The notes below the pieces were generated by a model, which worked only from the letters and a program-made list of their open reading frames with translations, was not told the origin of the DNA and did no database searches. From NCBI RefSeq assembly GCF_001194135.2, contig NC_068990.1:43465538-43529537 (forward strand): DNA of 64,000 nt, written 5' to 3'. Shown here in pieces: positions 13,640 to 26,773 of this stretch. Origin of the DNA: Octopus bimaculoides (Eukaryota). Every line of letters starts with the position of its first letter. Position 1 is the stretch's first letter. Both the position numbers and the translations under genes were made by a program.

Positions 13640-14500
13640 GTCATCACTGCTACAGTGGCATAGAAAATGCTGTAGAAGCAACTATAGTGGTCTCAAATTA
13701 ATGGACCAAGTTATGAATGTTACAGAAAGTTATACCACAGCTGATTAAGAAGAGATTTAACTTAGATGGCATTTTGAGTGAAAACAGCGCTGATGAGGTT
13801 TTCATAGTGAGATAACTATAGTAGTTCTTAGCAAATAGCACACTGTTTCTAGCATTCATTGTGAAGAAGACTTTTGGCAAGAGTATCATGCTGTGTAATT
13901 TGGTGGCCACTAAGGATACTAGTTGTTGATGAATAGCTTGTGAGAACTGTGCTGTCAGTAAGGTAAGAGTGTGCATACTTTCAAGGTGCAATAAGGTGAG
14001 TATAAGAGAGAATACAGACAAAGAATCAGGAAGGACAAGTGATTAGAGATGGATATAGAGGTGAATGAGGAAATGGTGGAGTTGTGATCAAATGTCTTCA
14101 AATGCTTCTTAGTAAGGTGACAGCTTCTGTTATCCAGGTGACTAAACTAGGTGTATGGGAAGGTGTTCCAAGGGCATAGCATCCAGAGTAAGAATAGGAT
14201 GGAAAATGTTTTGAATGTTATCTCTGCTTGCAGTAAAATATGGTCATTGAATGCTAGAAAGTTTTGAAATGAATATGCTTCTACTGGATGTGAACCATGG
14301 TGCTCAGATGAATTGAGCAAAGAGAAATTGGGTGTGTACTAAGAAAAGATTTTGCTGTTGTGGGCATGGAGGGTGACAGTTGCATAAAGAAGTGATCAGT
14401 GGTCCATGTGAAGGAACCTGCAGAAGAGAAAGAAGTGGTGAGAACTAAGCCCAGGGATTTGCTCCTTACAAAGGAACAAATGATTACAAGTAGTGTGGCA
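13640..14500 (-). mobile_element. Decayed CR1/L2-like LINE RT remnant
   Basis: Minus-strand frames loosely resemble the GVPQGSVL region and downstream CR1/L2 RT motifs; heavily broken. Track ORF 13698..14021 lies inside. Confidence 0.35.
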
Positions 14501-14572
14501 CTGTAATGTGTAACTCAGAAAAGTCCAACCAATATTAAAGTGGAAAAACAAATGTAAATTAGAATTATGTAT

Positions 14573-14730
14573 TATCATTTAACGTCCATCTTCCATGCAT
14601 GCATGGGTTGAACGGTTTGACAGGAGCTGGCCAGACAGAAGACTGCACCAGACTTCTGTGTCTGTTTTGGCACAATTATTACAGCTGGATGCCGTTCCTA
14701 ACACCAACCACTTCACAGAGTGGACTAGGT
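14573..14730 (-). mobile_element. Short repeat family B
   Basis: tcatttaacgtccatcttccatgc...cagctggatgccgttcctaacaccaaccacttcacagagtg. Confidence 0.8.
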
Positions 14731-17015
14731 TCTTTATATATATATTACACACACACACACAAGAAAGAGAATATGGCATAAATGTGCTCTAAGAAATTAG
14801 ATCTAGATGCATTCATAAGTTGATTAAGATTGTTTACCATCAAAATCTAGACAGTGTTTATCATTTGATATCTATCTGATCATACTGTTAAAAGTATCTG
14901 GAGGTAAACCAGGTCAACATATGTGGTGGATGGTATAATTTTTAAGTATACTCGTTCATAAATAACACTGATTGACAAGCAATATTGTTCATTTTAGATT
15001 GTATAGCAAACAATTCAATTAGTTCATATTCACTCAATAAACCAAATTCATTGACTTTCTCCTCTCTCTGTTGCATTTTAAAATGAAGTTTGAAGAAAGT
15101 TGTAGATACTTCCATAAAAATGTACTTAGTACAAGGATTAAATTGTACATATTAGTTAAGAAATATTGGTTGCTTGTATTATGGAAAAAAAAAGACATTT
15201 TGTTGAATAGAGAATTGATGAAGCTTATAAAAACATGATTAATAAGCTAAGATAATATTGGTTTGCCTAGATAAAGTGAATTTCAGAGCTATAATGCCTT
15301 CTAATGAAGAAAGGATAGTTGCACAGCCCAACTTGCAGCAGTGTGAAAGACTATAGACGATATTCAGGCAAAAATGTAAATTGCATATATATATATCTCA
15401 GTTCAGCTTATTAGTAGTATAGGTTTTGTCAATAAAAGAGTGTTCTGTTAGATAAGGACAATTTCCATTAGTCTACATACCTGGAGAATATATTAGTTTA
15501 TTCATATGGTATTTTTATTTTCTACTTTTTTTTTTTATTCTAACCAGTTCAGTTGTAATATGCTTCCATTCTTGAATTGAAATGAAACATTACTCAATAT
15601 CTAGTGATAAAAAATTTCATTTTAAATTCTAGTGAAGTGTTAAAAAGGAAATTGTATAACAAAATCTAGTTTTCAATTTTGATATTAATTAAATCCAGTA
15701 ATGTTTATTGCCACTTCAGTATAGCTGTTTGTAGGAACCAATGATACTACTGTTTTTAACCTCAGGAGGAGCGAACCCCTACCATCTTCTAGCACCGACA
15801 ATGGGACCACCTGATAGTCTGTTTTCAAGCTATTTGTGCTCAACCTTAGTGGTGGACACCCATCCACGAGAGATAGCAGTAGTTTGCTCCAGCTTGCAAG
15901 ATATAGAAAAATAATGACAACCAATCACTGAGCGTGCAACTAGCTACTTTGGTTATAAAATCCAATAAATTTTGCAAAAAAGTTGCTTCAAAAATACAAA
16001 ACAAGATTATTAATTCACTGCTTTCTTAGTGGATAAGCTTACAAAATAATATACTTCTACACATCTCTATTCTGATCACTGTCTAACTATGGTAGCTATT
16101 TCTACTTCATGTTGTGGCACTTTGTGCTTCAACTTATCCATTTTCTTGATATGTCCATACTGGTGCAGAAGTCTCTTAATTACTTATGGCAATCCTTCTG
16201 ACAATCTCATTCATTTTGTATTGTGTTCAGCTCTGACTTGTGCTTCATAGTTGTAAAATAGTGTGTGTTGTCTGAAAAACTAGGTTGAAAGGAATCATCT
16301 GTATACTCTTTCCTCATTGTGTTCACTGCTAATTCTAACATTACTTTTAGAACCTTTATGTGTATTCTAAGAGCTTATTAGGCCTCATTGTGACCCCTTC
16401 ATCTACATCTTTCCTTCATTTACCAGTGAATCAAAGTAAAATTGGCAAGGAAGTCAAAATTCAAAAATTAAACACAAATTGTATTCAGTTCTTTCTTTTC
16501 CTCTCAAAGAATTGAGTTCATGTATCTGCTAACAAATATGAAATATATTAAATCCAAAGTCATTCTTTTGTAGATGGGGAATCCAGAAATCAAATTACTT
16601 TTAATCAAAGTTTGAGTGGTGGATCTTCTTGAAGTATGCAACAAATTGCTTGGTGTTTTGTGTTATTGTCTACAAAAATGAATTCAATAATCTCAAGAAA
16701 AGTAGTATTATCAGTTTTACAATATCGTATCTCTCAACTCTATTGCTGCCTTGCTTTACTTCATATCCTCTGGCCTTTACTCATCATTATCAAGATCCCT
16801 TAACTAATGCAGTCAGTCGTTGGGGTGCCACTTTAAACGTTTTTGCAAAAAGCCATTACCACTGTTCTCTATCATGTAGCAGGTTCACAGTGTTGTGAAC
16901 TGTCTAGTCTTTGTTGTCAAACCAGAATTTTTTGTCTGCCTTTCTTTCATCCTCTCTCAATTTTGCCCTCAAGAATGGTTATAGGTTGGAAGTTGTGGCA
17001 GGATACTCTCGTTTA

Positions 17016-17203
17016 CTCTTTTACTTGTTTCAGTCAGTTGACTGTGGCCATGCTGGAGCACCGCCTTTAGTCGAGCAAATCGACCCCGGGACTTATTCTC
17101 TGTAAGTCTAGTACTTATTCTATCGGTCTCTTTTGCCGAACCGCTAAGTTACGGGGACGTAAACACACCAGCATCAGTTGTCAAGTGATGTTGGGGAGGA
17201 CAA

Positions 17204-17240
<37 letters not shown>

Positions 17241-17403
17241 CGATGGGCTTCTTTCAGTTTCCATCTACCAAATCCATTCACAAGGCTTTGGTCGGCCCAA
17301 GGCTATAGTAGAAGACACTTGCCCAAGGTGCCACGCAGTGGAACTGAACCTGGAACTATGTGGTTCGTAAGCAAGCTACTTAACACACAGCCACTCCTAC
17401 GCC
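17016..17403 (-). mobile_element. SINE family A, full length, young (CpGs retained)
   Basis: Reverse complement of 12281-12642 along its whole length at high identity. Confidence 0.92.
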
Positions 17404-18180
17404 TATGATAAGTGACTATCATGCAAGCTTTTGTTTTTTTTATCTACACAAGAATTAGTTCCTGTCTGCCAGCCTATTTGTTGACTTATTGCCTAACAAA
17501 GCTGTTCGTTTTGTGTTCTGCCTTCCTCTTAAGTCTGCTTAGCAGAACTCTTAGCAATAATTTACTGGAATGGCTAATTAGGCTGACTGTTCTTTACTCA
17601 TGGCAGAGTCTTTGGTTGTTTTCTTGGGAATGGTTATCATCAGTGATTGAGTCCACTCCTTTGGCCACAGCTTCATCTCCCATATCTTCTGTTAGTGCCT
17701 TGATAAGCTTCATCTAATATAATAAATGCAAAAACTAATTTCTGTGTCACATCTTGAGCCCTTCTCACACTATTCAATGACTCTTCTACTATTCCTCATG
17801 ATGGAGTGAGAGTAATAGTAGGTATAGAGATGGTGAGGGTGGTGGCAAAAATAGAGAGAGAGAGAAAAAAAGAGACAGAAATTTAGTGGCAGTGGGAGTA
17901 ATAGTAAGAGAGAGAAAGAGGGCGATGATGTACAACTTTGTTTAACCATATCTTTTTGACAAATTCCTGTGGCCAACATACTGAACACTATCATTTTTGT
18001 CTTATTTTTTGCTTTCTTTAATACATATATATATATAGAAACACATATATATAAAATACACTTTAATTGAAATAAAGTTTCCCCAAAATTAAACATCTAA
18101 TGTAATAAATGTGAATGTCAGTGTGTCACACTTTTTCAACTTTACTCCAAGAGGCCGTAGCCCAACATATCATACCATTA

Positions 18181-18478
18181 TGGAATCAGGCTGATTCCAC
18201 GAATAAATTAAAAACATTCCGGGCCGAATCCAGGCCCACAATCCTGAAATTTTGGATTCCCAAGTTTTCATTACTGTGATTGTTTCCGGGGATTTTTTTA
18301 CGTGACTTTTTGAGACAAATTTTTTTGTATGATAACAATTTTTATAATATTAAGGCTAACTCCGCAAGTAAATTAAAAACACTCTGGATTGAATCTGTAC
18401 CTGCAATCCTGAAATCCTATGTTTTCATTACTGCGATTCTTTTCAGCAATTTTTTTTACATGATTTTTTGAGACAAAT
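18181..18478. repeat. Hairpin followed by two diverged ~115-bp subunits (period 165)
   Basis: tggaatcag-g-ctgattcca (9-bp stem), then taaattaaaaaca...aatcctgaaat...gttttcattactg.gatt...tttttgagacaaat at 18204-18320 and 18369-18478. Confidence 0.8.
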
Positions 18479-18559
18479 ATTATCATCATTGGGATATGAC
18501 TGAAGGAAGCAATTGCAACAAATTCTCCAAAACAAGTCGGAGATCTGTTTGCAGATCTT

Positions 18560-19200
18560 CCTATTTGGGGTCGGTTGCTTAAAAGTTATATACTAACTTT
18601 TAAGCTAGTCTCCCATAACTTCTGATGAGTAACTGTTAGTGCCTTGATAAGCTTTGGCCCTTTTTGTTTTAGGAGGTTTAATGAGGTGTTATCCACTCCT
18701 AGGGGCATCTCATCTATGAACATACACACTGCCTCTTTGACTCCCTCCTGGAAAATTGGGGTATCATTCAGTTCTCTATTGTTGTTGGAACTGTCTAAGA
18801 CACATTGCTATCATGTCTTAGTTTGTGATTGTAAGGGTCTTTACATTACTCAGACCATTTTTTGATGACATCATTCTCATCCATGAGGAGCAGGCCTGTT
18901 TTGTCCTCAATTGTAGTGGTGGTGTGTTTCTTTGTTTTTAAGATTTTGAGGTTTTCACAAGCAGCCTCATTCTTCTTTATCCCATCTTTGATAATTTTGC
19001 ACTGGTCTGCTACCCATTCCTCTTTGGCTCTCCTCATTTTCTTCCTAACCTTCCTATTGACAGCATTGCATTACTGATTTACATCTTGACTCATTAGCAT
19101 GGTTTTCCTCAGGACCCATGACTTCTTTTTCCTTCTTCTTCATAAGCATGTATAGCATCATTTCTTGAAGTGCTTCCTTACTATTCACATCTTATTGTCA
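18560..19200 (-). mobile_element. RTE/BovB-like LINE fragment (linker to start of RT)
   Basis: ORF 18846..19037 MRRAKEEWVADQCKIIKDG...TTTIEDKTGLLLMDENDVIKKWSE, then PLGVDN and LIKALT motifs. Confidence 0.8.
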
Positions 19201-20559
19201 TTATACTATCTTTGAACTTGGTGTCAGTATCCACTGACACCTAGTTCATTTGTACTCATCTTTTTTCATCATAAACATGATACATCCACAAAGACTTGGA
19301 AAATATCTACTGGATTGCTTAGTGTTAATATGATTATTCTTTTAGTCTTTTGATACATTCTGTGAAAACTATTCATAAACCATTCACCAAAACTCTTTCT
19401 TTTGCTTGCTGTAATAGTGTGAAACCATGTCAAATATTTGAATTTGTTTTTATTTTAACAAATATTACTTCTGAATAAGAATTCTTAAGTGCTTACTAGG
19501 AATTTGCATTCTTGTACAAACCACAGTAGCTTATGTATGTGGGTGTTGCTTTCCCCAATGCACACAGGCATGGTGGAGTGATTTATGAGTTTGTTTCACT
19601 ATCATACAGTTGCAGGTGCAATCTCACTGCATGGCACCTTATGGTGTCTTTTACTAAAGCTGCTGGTCAGCTCAGCCCTCAGTGTGAAATTGAATAGACA
19701 CAAATATCTGTGGAAGCCCATACAATGAATTGTACCTGTAATTCAAAGATCCAGCCTTCTCAAGTTGATTGGCACGCATGTCTGTGGAATACTAAGCACT
19801 TCTTGTTAATTTAACATGTTCTGTTGACTGAATTACTCATATACACCTTGTTGAAACTGATGGGAATCCATTTACATTACTTACATACAATTTGAACACT
19901 GTCATTTATATTTTAACATTTTCCTGGTGATATGGATTGAATGGGTCTGCAATAAAAGCATTCCTCCATAAATTTGTCATTTGTGAGGGTTGACTCAACT
20001 ACTAATTTCCCAAGTTCCACTTTGTCTATATCAAACTACATTGACTGAGAACTAGTTCATTTGTACTCGTCTTTTTTCATATGTTAATGACACATCCACA
20101 AAGTCTATTCCACTACAATTGCTGCAAATTTCTTTTTATTCACTCAGTACAGTACTACATCTAGGTTTTATGTGGCTACTTATTGTTGGTGAATATGTCT
20201 GACAGTATTGTGTGTGTGTGTGTGGAGGAATTTCTTGTGTTTTAAGTGAGCTACTTTGGCAAGTAGTCCTGGGCAAGACAAACTGCATCCAGTGGTGAGG
20301 CTCCATCTCAGGCATTCAAGTGTTTTGGCAAGTATGGGCTTACCCTTCAATCATAACTATTCCCAGATCTACTTTCCCAGAGTTGTACCTGTTATGGGTC
20401 AAATAGCAGGAGATGGTCCTGTGGCTCTGCTATACAGAGCTTGGAGGAGGGTTGATTCCTTAGACATGTCATCTAGGCTTAGTGTGTAAACATGTTCTAA
20501 TGTCATGAAAATCAGTTCTCTTCCCTTAATATTTAATAGGTCCTATGCCTCATCATTAA

Positions 20560-21388
20560 TCTTGAGAAAGCTACAGTCTGTTAGCAGAAACTGTAAATAA
20601 ACTAGCAGAGGGTTACAAGAAACCTTTGCCATATCTTACCTAAGAAAATTTCTGAATCTTCAGAATTTTGCATGCTGGTCCTTTGATTGTCTGTAGGCAC
20701 AGCATATGAAGAAGGAAAGAAGGGCAAGGGAGATTTAAATAACAAACATTACTTATCATAATGATGATCAACTATAAACAATGGTTCTTGTTATGATTCT
20801 ATTGGAATAAGTATGCTTCAAGTGAACAATAAGATTATCGTTGAGATTGATTTGTTGATTAGAATAGGTCCTTCTTATCTGAAAGTTGACAGTCATTAAC
20901 ATAACTAAGGCTATAATATCGCAATCAAAGGTTCTGTCTATTGGCCCATATTGTTTCTTTTTCCTAAATTGTAAGAATAGGTTCAGAGAAGAGAAAAATG
21001 AACATAGTTTAAATATATTGTCAGTTATGACCATGTTGTTGAAGTTTACTTCAGAAATGTATTAGACTTGTAAGTCAGTTTTTGTGGGAATCAACAGTAC
21101 CCCAAGCTTTCATATCTGTCTACTAGTTAGAAAAGAAATTTTGAAAGGTCTCTCTCTTTCTCAGAATTTTGAAAATATTGGAATAAAAATTACTTCAATT
21201 TTAGTGCAGATAATGCTGGCATTATTAGTACTTCTGATGCCAATAGAAATGAATATAGAATTAAAGGCAACAAAGAAAATTGCATAGATGTAAACAAATG
21301 GAGAGATTTACACTATGTTGAAAATATCTCTGAATTTCTAGGACCAATACCAGGACTCACACAAAATTTTAAATGAAATAAGACCATT

Positions 21389-21428
<40 letters not shown>

Positions 21429-21700
21429 AATATACTCTTTCCTCAAAATTTATGTAAAATTATGACAAAAGAAATTTTTAAATACACTTAAAGAATATTT
21501 TCACCTTCCTAACTTTAGTGATGTGTACTGTTTAAATTACTACCACCAATGATAAACTCCAAACAAAAGAAACTTCTATATGTTAAAAATATCTAGCAAT
21601 GTATCTATGATTATCAGATCCAGGATCATTCTTGTGAGATATGCTGATGTATTTATAAGATGAAAATATAATCGTACACAAATTAATAGGGTAAAGTACA
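20560..21700 (-). mobile_element. Possible ancient Penelope-like RT remnant
   Basis: Minus strand gives HKNDPGSDNHRYIA (~21590-21655) and NMGQ*TEPLIA (~20905-20955), loosely like PKLHK..RYIA and MGTNCAPLIADL in the right order; many stops. Confidence 0.3.
21389..21426. repeat. Poly(T) tract
   Basis: About 38 consecutive T. Confidence 0.9.
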
Positions 21701-22647
21701 TTTAAAAAAATTGTCTCTATTCTATCTCCCTCCAGATTTTGTGTAGATATTTTCAGTATGTTGTAAGTTTCTTTTTCCGTGTTGTCTTCAGTCTTGTAGT
21801 CACTTTTGTTGACTAATGTTTGTCATCTAGGTTAAAAGTGAAAGTTTTCTCTCAATATTTTCAAGATTCTGAGAAAAAAACTTTCAACTTTGTTTCTTGT
21901 AACTTGAAGTGTCATTTTTCAAAATATGTACTTGAAAAACAAATTTACTGAATTTAGCTGTTATACTAATATTACATGCCAAAGTTTACTGATAACAATT
22001 ATAAAATGTTTTTTATATCAATTGGTCATCATATATCTCCAGTTATTTGTTGCAGTCTGTCCTATAACACAATCGTCAACAAAGAAAACCTGTCAATTTT
22101 TGTTGTGCATGTCTTACAGCATGAACTATATTATATTGTCACCTGCACTTCAGATGTTATCTATAGTAAAAACAATTTGGATTCCCCTCTACTTTGTATC
22201 GATTCTCATTTTAGTGTCACTGCCTACAACAGCTTGTTCTTACACACACACACACACACACATAACAGCATCACCATTATTTTTATAATCCCCGTTGGCA
22301 CAGGTTGGCTAGGTCTCAATGTCTCATCCACTACAGTCCTTTCTCTTGTTTCCTGTCTCAGTTCTTTGATATCAGGTACACACAGCAGACCAACAAACCA
22401 ACCTTGTGTCAGTCATCAATTCCAGTTGAATTTTACAAACATTATGCAACATGGACTGATTGCACTTTTATCTTGGTATAACATTAAAGAGGTTGATTTC
22501 AAAGACAAGAATATCCTCAACTGTATGTTATCTCCAGTCAGTCCCTTTCTTGTTTTTCTCTTTATTTTTTCTAACTGTGATTTATTTTAATCTTACTTTT
22601 AAATTGAAACTAAATATTTCATGTATAAAATATAAATAGTCATTGTA

Positions 22648-23770
22648 TCAAGTTGAGTAAAAAGTAAGAAACGCTTTGAACCATGAAGAATTTGTAGCAG
22701 AGTTTTGAATTCTTTTTAAACATTTTTTTTGCAATTTTCGGATAATACAGACATAGACTTGTCCAAATGCATCAATAAACTAACATTGATATTTTTTTCA
22801 CTTTTGTTACAATTATCTGAAATGGAACTGTCAAAGCGTGATATGCAAGCAATTTTGCTATTCAACTTCAAAAAAGCCTGTAAAGCAGCTGAAACTGCTC
22901 GCGATATCAATGAAACATTTGGTGAGGAAATGACCAGTGATTGGTTAGCTCCAAAATGGTTTAAACGATTTCGCATTGGAGCCCTGAGCCTTGAAGACCA
23001 TGAGCGTAGTGGACGCCCATCTGTCATCGATGACAGTCAATTAAAGACCATCATTGAAAAAGATCCACGTAAAACCACTCGATAACTGGCAAAAGAACTT
23101 CACATTAGCCAGAAAACTGCCTGCAACCATTTACATACGATTGGAAAATTAAAAAAGCTCGACTAATGGGTACCACATGATTTGAATGAAAATCAGAAAA
23201 TGCACAGATAAGAAATTTGCTTGTCCTAAGTATTAGCTACCTGACATTATTCCATGTTCTCCACTTCTATTCTTTCCAGGTCTGTCTTTAGGCCTTTCTT
23301 TTAGCTTTTATGACTCCCTACCATGCTATTCTATTCTTTGTCAACCAGACTGATCCATTTCTCAACTGTATTGTAACTTGCGATGAAAAGTGGATTCTGT
23401 ATAATAATAAAAAAACATTCTTCACAGTGGTTGGACCAAAATGAAGCATTGAAAACCTATCCTAAACCCAGGCTCTTCAAAAAGAAGGTTATGGTAACTG
23501 TTTGGTGGTGTATTACTGGACTCATCCACTATAATTTCTTAAAATCCAGAAAAACTATTACTACAGAAACATATTGCCATGAAATTGCCAAAGTGAACGA
23601 AAAACTACTACTCCATCACAGACTGGTAAACAGAAGAGGGCCAATCATTCTTCACGACAATGCTCGACCACACGTTTCACTCATGGCACTCCAGAAGTTG
23701 AGGGAACTAGGCTACGGCATTTCCCCTACCGACTACCACTTTTTCATGTACCTTAATGGCAAGAAAAGGA
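22648..23770 (+). mobile_element. Mariner transposon, defective transposase, 3' end lost
   Basis: TA then a TIR-like start tcaagttgagtaaaaagtaagaaacgc. From ATG 22822: MELSKRD...WFKRFRIG...RSGRPS, WVPHDL, VTCDEKW, HDNARPHV, SPTDYHFF, with stops, frameshifts and an insertion at 23221-23345. Confidence 0.92.
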
Positions 23771-24110
23771 GTTCAAAAATCAATTCCTAGACTAGGTGGT
23801 GTGTTGTGTTCTTGAGCAAAATCTCACATTGCTATGTGATAACTTTAACACCTGACATGTGGTATACTATGTACCTGATCAGGTAATGTTGTTTTGGTGG
23901 ATGGTGTGAGCTAATGTACAGCACATACATTTGATCACTATAAACAAATCACTTGTACAGGTGGTTCAGCAAGAAATTGCAGAGCCATCTTTTTCATACT
24001 ACAAGAAAGTATCACACTAATATTACACTTCTAGCAGATCATGCTTGCTTCATTTCTCTGCAGTCACTAATCATGTTTCACTACCATACGACATTATACT
24101 TTGTACACAT
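23770..24110 (+). mobile_element. CORE-like SINE (family D variant) truncating the mariner
   Basis: tcaattcctagactaggtggtgtgttgtgttcttgagcaaaa, shared with 47590-47625. Confidence 0.55.
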
Positions 24111-24299
24111 GCATTACACAATCTTCTTTTATTTCAGAGAGTGAATTCCTTTGTTGCAAGCTGAAGTAATAATCTCCTAAACTTTTTCTACTAGATTCTT
24201 GCTCTGGCTACAATGTTTTTGGAACATTCTCTTCTACAACTAATTAGGGAGAAGACCTACCTTTTTTTCATGCAGCTAGATATTTTGTCTTTGCTAGGT

Positions 24300-25308
24300 T
24301 TATTTCAGAATGTTTGATTCTAGGTTTTGCTTCCATAATTGGATTTGTTCGAAAGGTTCAATAAGTCATCAGCATATTGAAGATCTCATGGACACCTGGT
24401 CTTAAGCTTCTGTTATAACTTAGAGATATATATTAAACAGGAGCAGGCTGAAAGTTAAAACCTTGATGGAGAACTATTTTCATGCTGAATTCCTCACTGA
24501 AGTTTTTGTTACTTTCACCTTACTGGCAGTATCTCTTTGCATTACAACCAACAAACTATAGTGTTGTACCTTGTTAAAAAGGTACAGTGGCTTGCATGTT
24601 TGTTAAGAATGTCTTGTCTCACTAGGAAAGGTGCATCTGTGGTACTTCATCCTGACACAAACCCGAACTCTGTCTCATCTCGGTTCATTTTCTTAACTAG
24701 TTGTGCTGTAACACTTGCTGTTACTTACTTAAGTTGTTCCATCAGTTTGTGTCCTCTTTATATGCTTTGTTATAGATAATTTTCTTTGGTCTTATAGTAC
24801 TTAGCAATAATACTGTTTTACAAGTGTGTCCAATGTCATCTGATATTTTCAGCATCTCATCATCTGCCCATGATGGTCCAGATGCTTTTCTTATTTCTTA
24901 TCTATATGTCCTAAAAGTTATATTGGTTATGTAACTATTGATCCAGTTAGCTGGTCTTCAGACAGTCTCTCTTTCCTACACTTTCTCATTCAGTGGCAGC
25001 ATTTCCATCTCTTGTTTCCTTTGGCTTCGGAGGGCAAGTACACTGCAGTCATTACATATATATATTTTTTCACCAGTGACATCCTTATTTATGGTGATAA
25101 ATTGTTTTGCAATCCAAAGACACCTCATGTTTCTGATTCTAATGTCACTGAACATTGTTGAACCTCTTAATTTCCATTTTTCCCTTTGTCCTAAGTATTA
25201 GCTACCTGACATTATTCTATGATCTCCACTTATATTCTTTCCAGGCCTGTCTTTAGGCCTTTCTTTTAGCTTTTATGACTACCTACCATGCTATTCTATT
25301 GTGTCAAC
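24300..25308 (-). mobile_element. Decayed RTE LINE (linker and RT)
   Basis: Minus strand: AKRKA*RQAWKE, GPSWADDEMLKISDDIG, EFGFVSG*STTDAPFLVRQ. Confidence 0.75.
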
Positions 25309-26132
25309 TTCCCATCTTTCTGGTTATTGCATTAATAGTAAATTATAATGCTAAAGCACTATATCATTTCATTTTCCATTTCAAATTCTTGTTATAAGTG
25401 TCTGCCAAAGTTCATATATGTTCCTGTGTTTTTGTCACTAACTTATCTTGAATATGTTTATTTTCCTTCAATTTTCTTTTGTCGCAATTTTTTGATAAAT
25501 ATCTTCATGTGTGTTTTTGAAGAAATTTTAGTAATATAGTGAAATAAATATGGACTGTGAATACTTTATGATAGTTTTATTTCAAAAAGAAATCAGTTTG
25601 TAAAACTTCAAACTAGGCTAACTATGTGTTTATGCATATAAAGATATATATATACATATATATATATATATACTTGTATGTAGGGAAGGTCATTACACCA
25701 ATAATAATAAAAACATGCACTGGTTCAGTTTCATTCCTCTATTGTTAGTCAGTTGGTTAGTTTCCTAACCAACTAACTAATTGATTATTTATTTAATTTG
25801 TTGGTTAAATAATGAATCAGTTGTTTGTCAAAGTCCTTTCATTGCTATTTGCAACCTCATCAATGACATGCCCTCTCTCCTCTAGGTCTGTTCTGAATCT
25901 CAGAATCTTGCAAACCAAATATGAAAGTTGTGTTTGTATGTATACATGAGTGCATGCACATGCATGTGTGCACATACACACAATTACTAATTAGGTGCAA
26001 AATAAGTTGAGAAAAAGTATCCCTCAGATACAAAAGGCAGAGTAAAATGCTTTTTTATTGACATTAGTCTGTATTATCACTACTGTCTGAAGAACTGTTA
26101 CATGAAACTGAGTAACAGAGGTTTTCTTTTGG

Positions 26133-26167
<35 letters not shown>

Positions 26168-26707
26168 NNNNNNNNNNNNNNNNNNNNNNNNNNNNNNNNN
26201 NNNNNNNNNNNNNNNNNNNNNNNNNNNNNNNNNNNNNNNNNNNNNNNNNNNNNNNNNNNNNNNNNNNNNNNNNNNNNNNNNNNNNNNNNNNNNNNNNNNN
26301 NNNNNNNNNNNNNNNNNNNNNNNNNNNNNNNNNNNNNNNNNNNNNNNNNNNNNNNNNNNNNNNNNNNNNNNNNNNNNNNNNNNNNNNNNNNNNNNNNNNN
26401 NNNNNNNNNNNNNNNNNNNNNNNNNNNNNNNNNNNNNNNNNNNNNNNNNNNNNNNNNNNNNNNNNNNNNNNNNNNNNNNNNNNNNNNNNNNNNNNNNNNN
26501 NNNNNNNNNNNNNNNNNNNNNNNNNNNNNNNNNNNNNNNNNNNNNNNNNNNNNNNNNNNNNNNNNNNNNNNNNNNNNNNNNNNNNNNNNNNNNNNNNNNN
26601 NNNNNNNNNNNNNNNNNNNNNNNNNNNNNNNNNNNNNNNNNNNNNNNNNNNNNNNNNNNNNNNNNNNNNNNNNNNNNNNNNNNNNNNNNNNNNNNNNNNN
26701 NNNNNNN
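26168..26707. other. Assembly gap
   Basis: N run after (TA)n. Confidence 1.
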
Positions 26708-26773
26708 TGAAACTCAGAGTAACGGTTTTTTGTTATATTTCTGCTGCTTTTAAATAAAGTATATATATATATA

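Noticed and set aside
17178-17408. Recurrent ORFs such as SVSIYQIHSQGFGRPKAIVEDTCPRCHA (also 11646, 12299)
   Set aside because: Translations of SINE family A, not a gene family.
21976-22590. 204-aa ORF, the longest real-sequence ORF in the track
   Set aside because: Low-complexity, runs through a CA microsatellite, no recognisable domain or splice context.
26102-26710. 202-aa ORF (also 12553..12945, 12597..12833, 48659..49039, 2427..2678)
   Set aside because: Length comes from N gaps.
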